Numbered from the stretch's first letter, positions 1 through 8,775 are shown. The stretch is DNA of 43,968 nt from an uncultured Gammaproteobacteria bacterium (GCA_964505405.1 CAZDHZ010000002.1:1-43968), one strand, 5' to 3'. Numbers and translations are program-made. The notes: generated by a model from the letters alone, not told the origin.

Positions 1-41
1 ATATTTTTATTTTAATATTTTGGTTAAGTTTAATAGCCGAT

Positions 42-2426
42 ATGTTTATTTATTATCGGATTAGCGAAGAGGAAAGATTAAAGCATAAAATAAGCCCCTT
101 AACTTATTCCTTGAAAAATAAGTCTATAAAAATTCCGAAAGATTGGAAATCTTTAAATTTATCAAAATTTAAAAAAATTGATGTTGTGGGAGGCTATTCT
201 GATTCAGCTTTAAGTGTTTTAGAAGAAAGTTTTGAATTGGCTAAAAAATTAGGGCATGATAAAATAGACCCTTTTCATATATTTTTTTCCTCTTTTAAGG
301 ATAGAGAAGTGGCGGCTTGTTTTTCTCGTCTTAATATTAATTCAGAAAAATTAATTACAAAAGTAAAAAAACATATTTCTTTACTTCCTCAAGGCGAATC
401 TAAAATAGATTTTTCTCTAGAATCCAAAGAGATGCTTATTAAGGCTTATACAGGCGCTTATAATTTCGGGCAGAAAAAAGTAAGCCCTAAAAATTTTATT
501 ATTCCTATTCTGGAAACTAAGGGAATACTTAAGGAAATATTGTATGATTTTGAAGTTGATATTGATAAAATTTTTAATGTTATTTTATGGTTTGTAATTA
601 ATGAAAAACAAATAGAAAGTTATAAAACTTTTAAAAAACAGGCTCGTTTTAAACCCGGAACTAATATGGATCGTGCTTATACTTCTGTAGCTACTCCGAT
701 TTTAAACAGTTTAGGCTATGATTTAACCGTAGCTGCTAAATGGGGGCGTTTAGAATATTGTGTAGCTCGTGAAAAAGAAATTGAAAAAATTTGGCAGTAC
801 CTGGAAAGCGGAGAAAATGGCATTTTATTAGTCGGCTCCGAAGGGGTTGGAAAGAATACTTTGATTAGCGGAATAGCACAGTTAATGGTTAGGGAGGATG
901 TGCCTAAATTTTTACAAGACAAACGATTAGTAGAGTTGGACGCCGCTCGTTTAATTAGCGGAGCAACGCCTGCACAGGCCCAGGGAAGAATGATGTCTGT
1001 TATTAATGAAGTAATTAGAGCTGGTAATATAATTTTATATATTAAAGATGTGGAAAATTTAATTGGGATATCTTCGGGAGAAGAAGAAAGTCTTGATTTG
1101 TCTGAAGTGCTATCTTCGGCTTTAGAACGCAGAAGTATTTATTGTTTTGCGTCTGCTACGAATGAAAATTATATTAAGTATATAGAAGGAAAATCTTTAG
1201 GAAGTGCTATGGCTAAATTAGAAGTAGAAGAGCCAAAAGATAATCAAGCTATTCAAATTATAGAAAGTAAAATTGGTCATTTTGAAGGAAAATATAAGGT
1301 TTATTTTTCATATAATGCGATTGAGATGGTTGTTGAGCTAAGCGAGAAATTTATTCATGATAAATATTTACCATCAAAGGCCGTTAAAATTTTGGAAATG
1401 GTGGCGGTTCAGGTTGAAAAGGAGAAAGGGGAAAACGCTATTGTGTCTAAAGAAGATATTGCTAAAGTAATTGGTGAGATGACCGGAATTCCGGCTACAA
1501 AAATAAGCGAAACTGAAGGTCAACAGTTATTAAAATTAGAAGAGAGAATTCATGAACGCATGGTTAACCAAAAAGAAGCCGTGAAAATGGTGGCGGCTAG
1601 CTTAAGGCGAGCTAGGACCGAACTTAGGAAAGGGGATCGACCGATTTCTAATTTTTTATTTTTGGGTCCGACTGGAGTTGGTAAGACGGAATTAGCCAAG
1701 GCTGTTTCCCAAATTTATTTTGGAGATGAGGATTATATGATTAGAGTTGATATGAGTGAATATCAGCATCCAGACAGTATTAAAAAAATGATTGGAGATG
1801 CTTCTGGCTCAAAAGGATATTTAACTGAGAAAGTTAGAAAGTCTCCTTTTTCTTTGATTTTGTTAGACGAAGTTGAAAAGGCTCATCCGGATATTTTAAA
1901 TTTATTTTTGCAGGTTATGGATGATGGTCGTTTAACTGACGGGCAGGGCCGGACTATAGATTTTACAAACAGTATTATTATTGCTACTTCTAATGCTGGT
2001 GCTCATTTTATACAGGATGAAATTTTAAAAGGTAGTGATATTGAATTTATTAAAACTAGTTTAATAAACGAGCATCTTAATCAGATAATGCGTCCGGAAT
2101 TAATCAACCGTTTTGATGGAGTGATTGTTTTTTCACCATTAAGTCGGGAAAATGTAGTTGATATTTGTAAATTGATGCTAAAGGGAATTGCTAAGTTATT
2201 AGAAGAAAAAGGAATTAATTTTGAAACTGAAGAAGAAGGGGTAAGAATTTTAGCTCAACTCGGATTTGATCCGAAATTCGGAGCTCGGCCTTTAAGAAGA
2301 TTATTGCAAGACCGAGTAGAAGACTCTATAGCTAATAAAATATTAGAAGGATCTTTAAAAAGAAGGGATACGGTTGTGATTGATGAGAAGGGAAATGTGC
2401 AGGTTAAGAAGGGGATAGAAATATAA
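42..2426 (+). CDS. Clp/Hsp100-family double AAA+ ATPase (ClpA/ClpC-like, atypical first module)
   Basis: 794-aa ORF with Clp_N-like N-terminal repeats. Second ATPase module is canonical (GPTGVGKTELAK, LILLDEVEKAH, GARPLRR). First module is recognisable but reads GSEGVGKNT and ILYIKDVEN at the Walker A/B positions. Confidence 0.85.
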   Translation: MFIYYRISEEERLKHKISPLTYSLKNKSIKIPKDWKSLNLSKFKKIDVVGGYSDSALSVLEESFELAKKLGHDKIDPFHIFFSSFKDREVAACFSRLNINSEKLITKVKKHISLLPQGESKIDFSLESKEMLIKAYTGAYNFGQKKVSPKNFIIPILETKGILKEILYDFEVDIDKIFNVILWFVINEKQIESYKTFKKQARFKPGTNMDRAYTSVATPILNSLGYDLTVAAKWGRLEYCVAREKEIEKIWQYLESGENGILLVGSEGVGKNTLISGIAQLMVREDVPKFLQDKRLVELDAARLISGATPAQAQGRMMSVINEVIRAGNIILYIKDVENLIGISSGEEESLDLSEVLSSALERRSIYCFASATNENYIKYIEGKSLGSAMAKLEVEEPKDNQAIQIIESKIGHFEGKYKVYFSYNAIEMVVELSEKFIHDKYLPSKAVKILEMVAVQVEKEKGENAIVSKEDIAKVIGEMTGIPATKISETEGQQLLKLEERIHERMVNQKEAVKMVAASLRRARTELRKGDRPISNFLFLGPTGVGKTELAKAVSQIYFGDEDYMIRVDMSEYQHPDSIKKMIGDASGSKGYLTEKVRKSPFSLILLDEVEKAHPDILNLFLQVMDDGRLTDGQGRTIDFTNSIIIATSNAGAHFIQDEILKGSDIEFIKTSLINEHLNQIMRPELINRFDGVIVFSPLSRENVVDICKLMLKGIAKLLEEKGINFETEEEGVRILAQLGFDPKFGARPLRRLLQDRVEDSIANKILEGSLKRRDTVVIDEKGNVQVKKGIEI

Positions 2427-2444
2427 ATGAAATATTGTAGATAA

Positions 2445-2500
2445 AATAAAAAAAGGCGCAATCGAAGTTTTTTGTTGCTTCTGGTTGCGCTTTATATCTT
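2445..2500. terminator. Bidirectional intrinsic terminator between convergent genes
   Basis: Imperfect stem GCGCAATCGAAG / CTTCTGGTTGCGC (2456-2490). It is preceded by an A-run and followed by a T-rich tract, so it reads as hairpin plus U-tract on both strands. Confidence 0.5.
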
Positions 2501-2507
2501 TGTTCTT

Positions 2508-2693
2508 TTATTCATTTCCCTTAGTGGGAAAATATCTCCTATGTGTTATGGAGAGTGCTATTTGCATCTCCTTGGGAGAATCATGTTTTTCTGCTATTTT
2601 TTTACATTCTTCTGTATAAGCCATCAGCATAACCTGATGGTTTTGGTCATTTGTTGATAGCTCTTCTTTCTCTGTTAATAAGCTCTCTGTCAT
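2508..2693 (-). CDS. Small hypothetical protein (61 aa)
   Basis: Minus-strand ORF. Its ATG is preceded by AAGGAGGT (reverse complement of 2699-2706) with a 5-nt spacer. It ends just upstream of the shared terminator. No family recognised. Confidence 0.45.
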   Translation of the reverse strand: MTESLLTEKEELSTNDQNHQVMLMAYTEECKKIAEKHDSPKEMQIALSITHRRYFPTKGNE

Positions 2694-2770
2694 ATTCTAC
2701 CTCCTTTTTTTGCTATAGTTCATTTATTTTACCACTTAGAAATATATCATATTCTTTAGAAATAATCAAG

Positions 2771-3856
2771 ATGAATTTTTTGTTAGTAATTAAATTTTTA
2801 TTATTTTCCTTAATATTAGCTTATATTTTTAGTATTTTTATTAGAAAAATAGCTATTTATTTTAAAATTTTAGATATTCCGGATAAAAAAAGGAAAATTC
2901 ATCAAGAAAAAATTCCGCTTTTAGGTGGAGTCGCAATTTTTCTTAGTTTTTTTATTGTTTTGTTTTTAGCGCGTGATTATATTTTATCTGGGAATTTAAA
3001 TCCTAGTCATTGGATTGGATTTTTTATCGGCGGGCTTATATTGATGATTGGAGGATTTTTAGATGATAAATATAAATTATCTCCGGGGAAACAAATTATT
3101 TTTCCAGCGCTCGCTTCTCTAGCAGTTATTTTAGGAGGGGTAGGAATAGAAAAAATAACTAATCCCTTGGGTGGATATTTATATTTGGATACGATTAAAA
3201 TTAATTTAGGACATATTGGGGATACTGTTTTCTATTTTACTGTTTTTTCTGATTTATTAATTTTTTTATGGTTAATGGGTATGATCTATACTACTAAAAT
3301 TTTAGACGGTTTGGACGGATTAGTTAGCGGAATTATCGCGATAGGCGCTTTTATAATTTTTCTTTTTACAATTAGCGAGCAATATTATCAGGGAGATATA
3401 GCTATTGCTAGTATTATTTTATTTGGAGCTTGTCTTGGTTTTTTAATTTTAAATTGGCATCCGGCTAAAATATTTTTAGGTGAAGGCGGGTCAGTTTTTT
3501 TAGGATTTTCTCTTGGGGTTTTGGCTATTATATCTGGCGGAAAAATTGCTATTGCTTTATTGATTATGGGTATTCCAATTTTAGATGTTTTATGGTCAAT
3601 TATCAGAAGGCTTATTGCCGGAAAAAATCCTTTTAAAGCGGGCGATAGGAAACATCTTCATTTCAGACTTCTCGATCTAGGGTTAAGCCAAAAAAAAGCA
3701 GTTTTAATATATTATGTGATAGCTGGTATTTTTGGTTTGTCAGCATTATTTTTACAGAGCTTGGGAAAGATTTTAGCATTAGGAACGCTTGTTTTATTCA
3801 TGATTTTAATTTTAATTTTATTTTATTATTTAGATCAAAAGAAAAAGAATGTTTAA
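2771..3856 (+). CDS. Polyprenyl-phosphate N-acetylhexosamine-1-phosphate transferase (WecA/TagO/MraY family)
   Basis: Polytopic membrane protein with DDKYKL, ILDGLDGL and GDRKHLHFRLL motifs typical of the Glycos_transf_4 family. Start moved to ATG 2771, because the 2651 start would overlap the minus-strand small gene. Confidence 0.85.
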   Translation: MNFLLVIKFLLFSLILAYIFSIFIRKIAIYFKILDIPDKKRKIHQEKIPLLGGVAIFLSFFIVLFLARDYILSGNLNPSHWIGFFIGGLILMIGGFLDDKYKLSPGKQIIFPALASLAVILGGVGIEKITNPLGGYLYLDTIKINLGHIGDTVFYFTVFSDLLIFLWLMGMIYTTKILDGLDGLVSGIIAIGAFIIFLFTISEQYYQGDIAIASIILFGACLGFLILNWHPAKIFLGEGGSVFLGFSLGVLAIISGGKIAIALLIMGIPILDVLWSIIRRLIAGKNPFKAGDRKHLHFRLLDLGLSQKKAVLIYYVIAGIFGLSALFLQSLGKILALGTLVLFMILILILFYYLDQKKKNV

Positions 3857-4259
3857 ATTTAAGAATCTTTATTTTAAAAATAAATATTTACTTGTATCGT
3901 GGACAATTTTTGTTTTTGTTTTAATTGCTTGGCCCATGCAAAACTACAAGGGCGATGTGATCACTTTTTATGATAAAATTGTTCATGCCTTATTGTTCGG
4001 AACTTTTTATTATTTACTTTTTATTTTTTTAAGAGAAAATAAGAAATTGGTTTATTATAAAATTTTTTTAATAAGTTTTGCTGTTTCTGTGCTATACTCA
4101 GCTTTTGGTGAATTTATTCAAAACTATGTTCCGGGTCGAACTGTTTCGGAATATGATTTTTTTGCCGGAGTGGCTGGGATATTTTTAACTTCAATCATAA
4201 CTTATGTCCAATTTAGAAAATACGAAGTGCCCCGAGGGTACAAGTCGCCCCGAGAGTAA
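3849..4259 (+). CDS. VanZ-like family membrane protein
   Basis: 136 aa, about 4 TM segments, with DKIVHALLFG and GEFIQNYVPGR motifs. Its start overlaps the upstream stop (ATGTTTAA). The last ~12 codons run through a GC-rich repeat fragment. Confidence 0.6.
   Translation: MFKFKNLYFKNKYLLVSWTIFVFVLIAWPMQNYKGDVITFYDKIVHALLFGTFYYLLFIFLRENKKLVYYKIFLISFAVSVLYSAFGEFIQNYVPGRTVSEYDFFAGVAGIFLTSIITYVQFRKYEVPRGYKSPRE
4224..4256. repeat. Short fragment of the GC-rich mosaic repeat superfamily
   Basis: GAAGTGCCCCGAGGGTACAAGTCGCCCCGAGAG resembles AAGTGCCCTGGGGTACAA and GTCCCCTGGGGGAG of the element at 14385-14425. Confidence 0.45.
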
Positions 4260-4266
4260 AAAGAAA

Positions 4267-4788
4267 ATGCTTCTTCATATTTGCTGTGCCGGATGTGGAG
4301 TTTATGTTAGCCAAGTTTTAAAGGAGGATTATGATTTAAGCCTCTTTTTTTATAATCCCAGTATTTATCCGAAAGAAGAATATTTAAAACGAGAAGAAGA
4401 AGTAAAAAAACTAGCTGATCGATTTAATTTAAAGCTTATTGTGGGTGATTATGATCATGGTGCATGGTTAAAAAAAGTTAGGGGTCTGGAAAAAGAAAAA
4501 GAAAAAGGAGCACGATGTATGATTTGTTATTTTGATCGAATGGAAAAAACAGTTCTTTACGCTCAAGAGAATAATTTTGATATTTTTACGACTACCTTAA
4601 CAGTTTCTCCTCATAAACTCGCTAAAAATATTTTAAGAATAGGTGATAATTTATCAAAAAAATATAATATAGAGTTTTTAGCTCAAGATTTTAAAAAGAA
4701 AGACGGATTTAAAAAAGCCTCCGCGCTTTCTAAAGAGCTAGGATTATATAGGCAGAATTATTGTGGTTGTGAATTTAGCCGTTACTAA
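4267..4788 (+). CDS. queH: Epoxyqueuosine reductase QueH (DUF208)
   Basis: LLHICCAGCG, FTTTLTVSPHK and YRQNYCGCEFS motifs characteristic of QueH. Start set at ATG 4267 to avoid running through the upstream gene. Confidence 0.8.
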   Translation: MLLHICCAGCGVYVSQVLKEDYDLSLFFYNPSIYPKEEYLKREEEVKKLADRFNLKLIVGDYDHGAWLKKVRGLEKEKEKGARCMICYFDRMEKTVLYAQENNFDIFTTTLTVSPHKLAKNILRIGDNLSKKYNIEFLAQDFKKKDGFKKASALSKELGLYRQNYCGCEFSRY

Positions 4789-4956
4789 TTACAAATCTTT
4801 ACAAATTTACAAATATTAATTTAAATATTCACAGCAATAAATAAAAAATTATAATAAATACATTTTGATTAATAAAAATTTTAAAATTAGAATTTATAAA
4901 TTTATTATTTTATTCTAATTTGTGAATTCGTAATCTGTATATTTGTAATTAGTAAC
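4781..4956. repeat. AT-rich long hairpin element whose arms carry the TAATTACAAAT motif
   Basis: GTTACTAATTACAAAT (4781-4796) is the reverse complement of ATTTGTAATTAGTAAC (4941-4956). The left arm overlaps the queH stop codon. There is an inner TTAGAAT/ATTCTAA hairpin. Confidence 0.6.
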
Positions 4957-4978
4957 TATAAAGTGTTATAATAGCAAC

Positions 4979-6022
4979 ATGGATATATCTTATTATTTTA
5001 AGCAAGCTATAGAGAATAAGGCTTCTGATATTCATTTAGTGGAAGGCAGTATTCCGGCTTTAAGAATTAATGGGGAGTTAGTGCGTTTTAAGGAGAGCCC
5101 TATACCTTTTGGTGAATTGCGCCATTCTGTTTTTAACCTTCTAGACAAAAATATCCAGGAAAGATTTGAACGCAAAAAAGATATTGATATTTCTTTGGAA
5201 TTGTTTGATAATAGATTTCGTATTAATTTGCATCTGCAAGGCGGTAAAATAGGTCTTTCTGCTAGGATGATTCCAAGGTTTATACCCGAACCGGATAAAA
5301 TAAATTTTAGTGAAACAATTTATAATTTAACGCACCTAAAAGATGGATTGATTTTAGTAACTGGACCTTCCGGAGTAGGAAAATCCACTACTCTGGCTTC
5401 TATGATAAATATTATTAATAATGAAAGAAGATCTCATATTATTACCATAGAAGATCCAATTGAATATATTTTTGAAGATAAACAGAGTATAGTGGAGCAA
5501 AGGCAATTAGGGCGGGATACGGAAAGCTTTGCTGCGGCTTTAAAGTCCGCTTTACGCCAGGATCCTAATATTATTATGGTAGGTGAGATGCGGGATTTGG
5601 AAACGGTTTCGGCGGCTTTAACTGCCGCTACAACCGGACACCTTGTTCTTTCAACTTTACATACTTCAACTGCGGCTGAGACGATTGAAAGAATTCTAGA
5701 TATGTTTCCAAATGAAAGGCATAAGTTAGTTGCTGATCAACTAGCTTCTGTTTTAAGGGCGGTAATCGCTCAGCAACTTCTTCCTTCAAAAAAAGGAGAT
5801 TTAGTTGTAGCTCGGGAAATACTCATTAATACGAGAGCGGTAGCCAACTTAATTCAACAAAAACAAATTGAACAAATAAATAATATTATTCAAACTAGCG
5901 CTGGAGATGGAATGATTACCATGAATAAATCAATAGATAATTTATTAAAGGAGGGAAAAATCACTCAGCATGTAGCTCAAAATAGAAAACGAGACATGGA
6001 AACTCATGCGGTTTATTATTAA
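4979..6022 (+). CDS. pilT: Type IV pilus retraction ATPase PilT
   Basis: 347 aa with GPSGVGKSTT Walker A, IIMVGEMRD, LSTLHT His-box and an AVANLIQQKQ motif. Length and order of motifs match the PilT family. Confidence 0.85.
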   Translation: MDISYYFKQAIENKASDIHLVEGSIPALRINGELVRFKESPIPFGELRHSVFNLLDKNIQERFERKKDIDISLELFDNRFRINLHLQGGKIGLSARMIPRFIPEPDKINFSETIYNLTHLKDGLILVTGPSGVGKSTTLASMINIINNERRSHIITIEDPIEYIFEDKQSIVEQRQLGRDTESFAAALKSALRQDPNIIMVGEMRDLETVSAALTAATTGHLVLSTLHTSTAAETIERILDMFPNERHKLVADQLASVLRAVIAQQLLPSKKGDLVVAREILINTRAVANLIQQKQIEQINNIIQTSAGDGMITMNKSIDNLLKEGKITQHVAQNRKRDMETHAVYY

Positions 6023-6034
6023 CTAAACAAACAT

Positions 6035-6361
6035 ATGGCACCAGAAAAATGGGAATCAATTATTGGAAACATTAAAGATAAATTTAGTGTTTTAGACGAG
6101 GGGAAAGAACATATTGACGATGAAGGGGGCGTTGATATTCATTATATAGAATTTGAGGGGCCATTGGGGCGAATACGCTTGGAATTTGTTCAAAAACCAG
6201 TTATTCTTGATAAAAAAACAATTTATTCTAAAAGAATTGGTTCGGAAACAAAAGTAGATTATATTTATAGTGAAACTGAAAAAAGCGCGAAAATGACTGC
6301 TTATAAATGGGGTGAAGATAACGATGAGTGGCAGGAAATTAATCAAGATATATTTTCTTAA
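6035..6361 (+). CDS. Hypothetical acidic cytoplasmic protein (108 aa)
   Basis: Long ORF in an AT-rich background, beginning 12 nt after the pilT stop. No family recognised. Confidence 0.6.
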   Translation: MAPEKWESIIGNIKDKFSVLDEGKEHIDDEGGVDIHYIEFEGPLGRIRLEFVQKPVILDKKTIYSKRIGSETKVDYIYSETEKSAKMTAYKWGEDNDEWQEINQDIFS

Positions 6362-6421
6362 AATAAATATTCTATAATTTATTCAAATGAATTTTTAATA
6401 TCTAATAATTAAATAAAAAGT

Positions 6422-6880
6422 ATGTTTAATAATTCTAGAATTTTAATAATATTAATTATTATTTCCCTAGGTCTTGCTTCTTATGTTCTTTTTTCCTTAA
6501 ATAAAATTGATGTTCAGGATGAGGTTAATATTAATTTGAAAATTGCAGATTCAAAAGTTAATATGAAGGACATAGAAGAAAATTATGAACAAAATTTAAA
6601 AAACTTAATAGAAGAAATTAGGTCTTGTGTTGATACTAGCAAAAATTCTCAAGGCGAATTAAATTTTAATTTGGAAAAAATCAAAAACAAAATATCAGGA
6701 CTTAAATCACCCAGCAATGAATATGAAAAAGTTCACTTAGATTTAATTTTGGCTCTGAATAATTTAGAAAAATATTTTGAATTGGGTGATGAGAATGAAA
6801 AAAATAAAAGTCTAGCTCTTTTAGAAGAAGCTAATTTAGAATATTTAAAAATAACTAAAGAAAAAGAAAATGGGATTTAA
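6422..6880 (+). CDS. Hypothetical membrane-anchored coiled-coil-like protein
   Basis: N-terminal hydrophobic anchor (ILIILIIISLGLASYVLF) followed by a charged helical region. Overlaps the next gene by 11 nt. Confidence 0.55.
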   Translation: MFNNSRILIILIIISLGLASYVLFSLNKIDVQDEVNINLKIADSKVNMKDIEENYEQNLKNLIEEIRSCVDTSKNSQGELNFNLEKIKNKISGLKSPSNEYEKVHLDLILALNNLEKYFELGDENEKNKSLALLEEANLEYLKITKEKENGI

Positions 6881-7631
6881 TCGTTTTTTACCTTTGCTTG
6901 CCCCAATCTTCGCTTTTATTTTTTTGGAATTTTATTTTTTTTGGCCGAAGATGGTTTTTGTCTTCTCTTTATTTTTTTATCTTCTCATTTTTTTTAGTAT
7001 TAGACAGTTCATAAAAAAAAGCTCTCAGGAAGAGAATTTATTTAATTTCTTCATATTTCCCCTTGTATCTTTTGCTTCAGTTGTCGCTTTTAGTGCTCTT
7101 TTGACTAATAAATTTTTAGTTCATTCAATTTTTTTACTGGAGTTTATTTTAATTTTTATATATTTTAGATCCATATATTATAAGCTTTTGAATATTAATA
7201 AATATGTAAAAGGGCATTTGGAAAATTTTTCATCTTATGCTAATTTTATTTCATTTTATTTTTTGTCTTCCGCTATTTATGGTTATCAGGTTTATTTGGG
7301 AATAAATTTTTCAGTGCTCTCGCTGTTTTTTTTACTTGTTTCTTTTTTGATTATTTATCAAGTTTTTTGGATTAATAATCTTTATTCCAAAGAAAATATT
7401 TTCTTTATTTTTTTAATTGTTTTTTGCTTATTGGAGATGTCTTGGGTAATATCTTTTATGAGCTTAAGTTATTATATATCGGGTCTCTTGCTTTCTGTTT
7501 GTTATTATATCATAATTGGTTTAAGTAGATTTTTCCTTTTAAATAAAATAAATAAAAAAATTATAAGATCTTATTTGGTTTTTGGTTTTTTAAGTATCAT
7601 TATCGTGCTTTTGACGGCCAGATGGATATAA
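6870..7631 (+). CDS. Hypothetical polytopic membrane protein
   Basis: 253 aa, hydrophobic nearly throughout with multiple predicted TM segments. Start overlaps the previous stop (ATGGGATTTAA). Confidence 0.6.
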   Translation: MGFNRFLPLLAPIFAFIFLEFYFFWPKMVFVFSLFFYLLIFFSIRQFIKKSSQEENLFNFFIFPLVSFASVVAFSALLTNKFLVHSIFLLEFILIFIYFRSIYYKLLNINKYVKGHLENFSSYANFISFYFLSSAIYGYQVYLGINFSVLSLFFLLVSFLIIYQVFWINNLYSKENIFFIFLIVFCLLEMSWVISFMSLSYYISGLLLSVCYYIIIGLSRFFLLNKINKKIIRSYLVFGFLSIIIVLLTARWI

Positions 7632-7635
7632 AATT

Positions 7636-8775
7636 ATGAATAATAAAATTATTATTTTAGTTGCTATTGCTACAATTTTTGGATTATTAAGTGGAGTTGT
7701 GGGTCAGATTGTTTCTAGAGCTTATTTTCTTGAAAAAGATTTTAATATGCCTCTTTTCGGTGATATTAGTTTTGGTGACGATAATAATTCTGCTAATTTA
7801 ATTATTAGTAATCCTAAGAAAATTGTGGTAGAGCAAGAAACAAAGGCCGTAGAAACGGCACAGGCGGTAAGCGGAGGGATTATGGGTATTTTTCTAAAAG
7901 AGGATCTTGAGGACAAATATATCAATCTTAGGGAAAAAGATGGTCAAGCTTTTGTAATTACGAGTGATGGTTGGATGGTTTCTACTTTTATACCGAAAGA
8001 AATTTTGCAGATTAAAGATAAAGACGCTACTAGCTCTCGAGAAAAGATTTTAAAAGTAATTAAAAATTATATTTTTATTTCTAGCGATTTTAAAAATTAT
8101 GAAGTAGAAAATGTTTTATATGATTCTCTGTCTGGATTTTCCTTTTGGAAAATTAAAGCCTATGATTTGCCGGTAAGAAAATTAGAGGGATTTTTAAATA
8201 ATGGAGAATTAGTTTTTGGAGTTAATTGGGCAGGAGATATTTTAGTCACAACAATATTAGGAAAAGAAGAAGAGACAAAAGTTTTATCTAGTGATATTTT
8301 TATGGAAGAAATATTAGTTTCCGATAAAATAGATCCAAAATTAAATAATTCATTTTTGTTTAATGTCTATGGAGACTTGCTTGGCTTTATAAAAGAAGAC
8401 TCAAAAATTATAGCCATTAAAAGTTTTAACTCGCTTATAAAAAATTTATTAAAAAACAAAAGCATAAAAAGACCCAGTTTGGGGGTTAATTATATTAATT
8501 ATTTTAATGTTTTAGATTTAGAGAAGAATAAGACGAGACTTGGAGCGAAAATTTCTAAGGACGAAAAAGATATTGCTATCTTTAAAAAATCACCAGCCGA
8601 AATTTCCGGTTTAAAGGAAGGAGATATTATAATGGCTATTAATAAAATTAATTTAACGAAAGACACAAATTTACGAGAACTCATCAATAATTATCTCCCC
8701 GGAGATGAATTAATTATAGATTATCTAAGGGAGGATAAAAGTTTTTCGGTGAATTTAAAATTGGATAGTTTTTAA
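7636..8775 (+). CDS. Membrane-anchored HtrA-like protein with C-terminal PDZ domain, apparently non-catalytic
   Basis: N-terminal TM segment. The central region has HtrA-like strand patterns (GQAFVITSDGWMVS, LFNVYGDLLGFI). The C-terminal PDZ-like segment reads SGLKEGDIIMAINKINL...PGDELIIDY. The protein contains no histidine. Confidence 0.6.
   Translation: MNNKIIILVAIATIFGLLSGVVGQIVSRAYFLEKDFNMPLFGDISFGDDNNSANLIISNPKKIVVEQETKAVETAQAVSGGIMGIFLKEDLEDKYINLREKDGQAFVITSDGWMVSTFIPKEILQIKDKDATSSREKILKVIKNYIFISSDFKNYEVENVLYDSLSGFSFWKIKAYDLPVRKLEGFLNNGELVFGVNWAGDILVTTILGKEEETKVLSSDIFMEEILVSDKIDPKLNNSFLFNVYGDLLGFIKEDSKIIAIKSFNSLIKNLLKNKSIKRPSLGVNYINYFNVLDLEKNKTRLGAKISKDEKDIAIFKKSPAEISGLKEGDIIMAINKINLTKDTNLRELINNYLPGDELIIDYLREDKSFSVNLKLDSF

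Noticed and set aside
716-922. Short antisense ORFs nested inside long genes (716-922, 2255-2461, 6092-6346, 7722-7925, 8499-8687, 9279-9482, 10882-11082, 16830-17060, 17552-17734, 18743-18967, 20108-20362, 20651-20845, 22916-23173, 23279-23461, 23703-24059, 24327-24539, 26381-26650, 31460-31789, 32917-33150, 34856-35071, 35171-35380, 35912-36217, 37493-37759, 39036-39332, 40051-40239)
   Set aside because: Each is fully or largely contained in a longer ORF with clear family motifs. They have low-complexity translations and no start signals, as expected for shadow ORFs.
2472-2657. 61-aa + strand ORF, and the 2651 start of the WecA-like ORF
   Set aside because: Both overlap the minus-strand 2508-2693 ORF, which has a strong SD. 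The WecA-like homology pattern begins only at ATG 2771.
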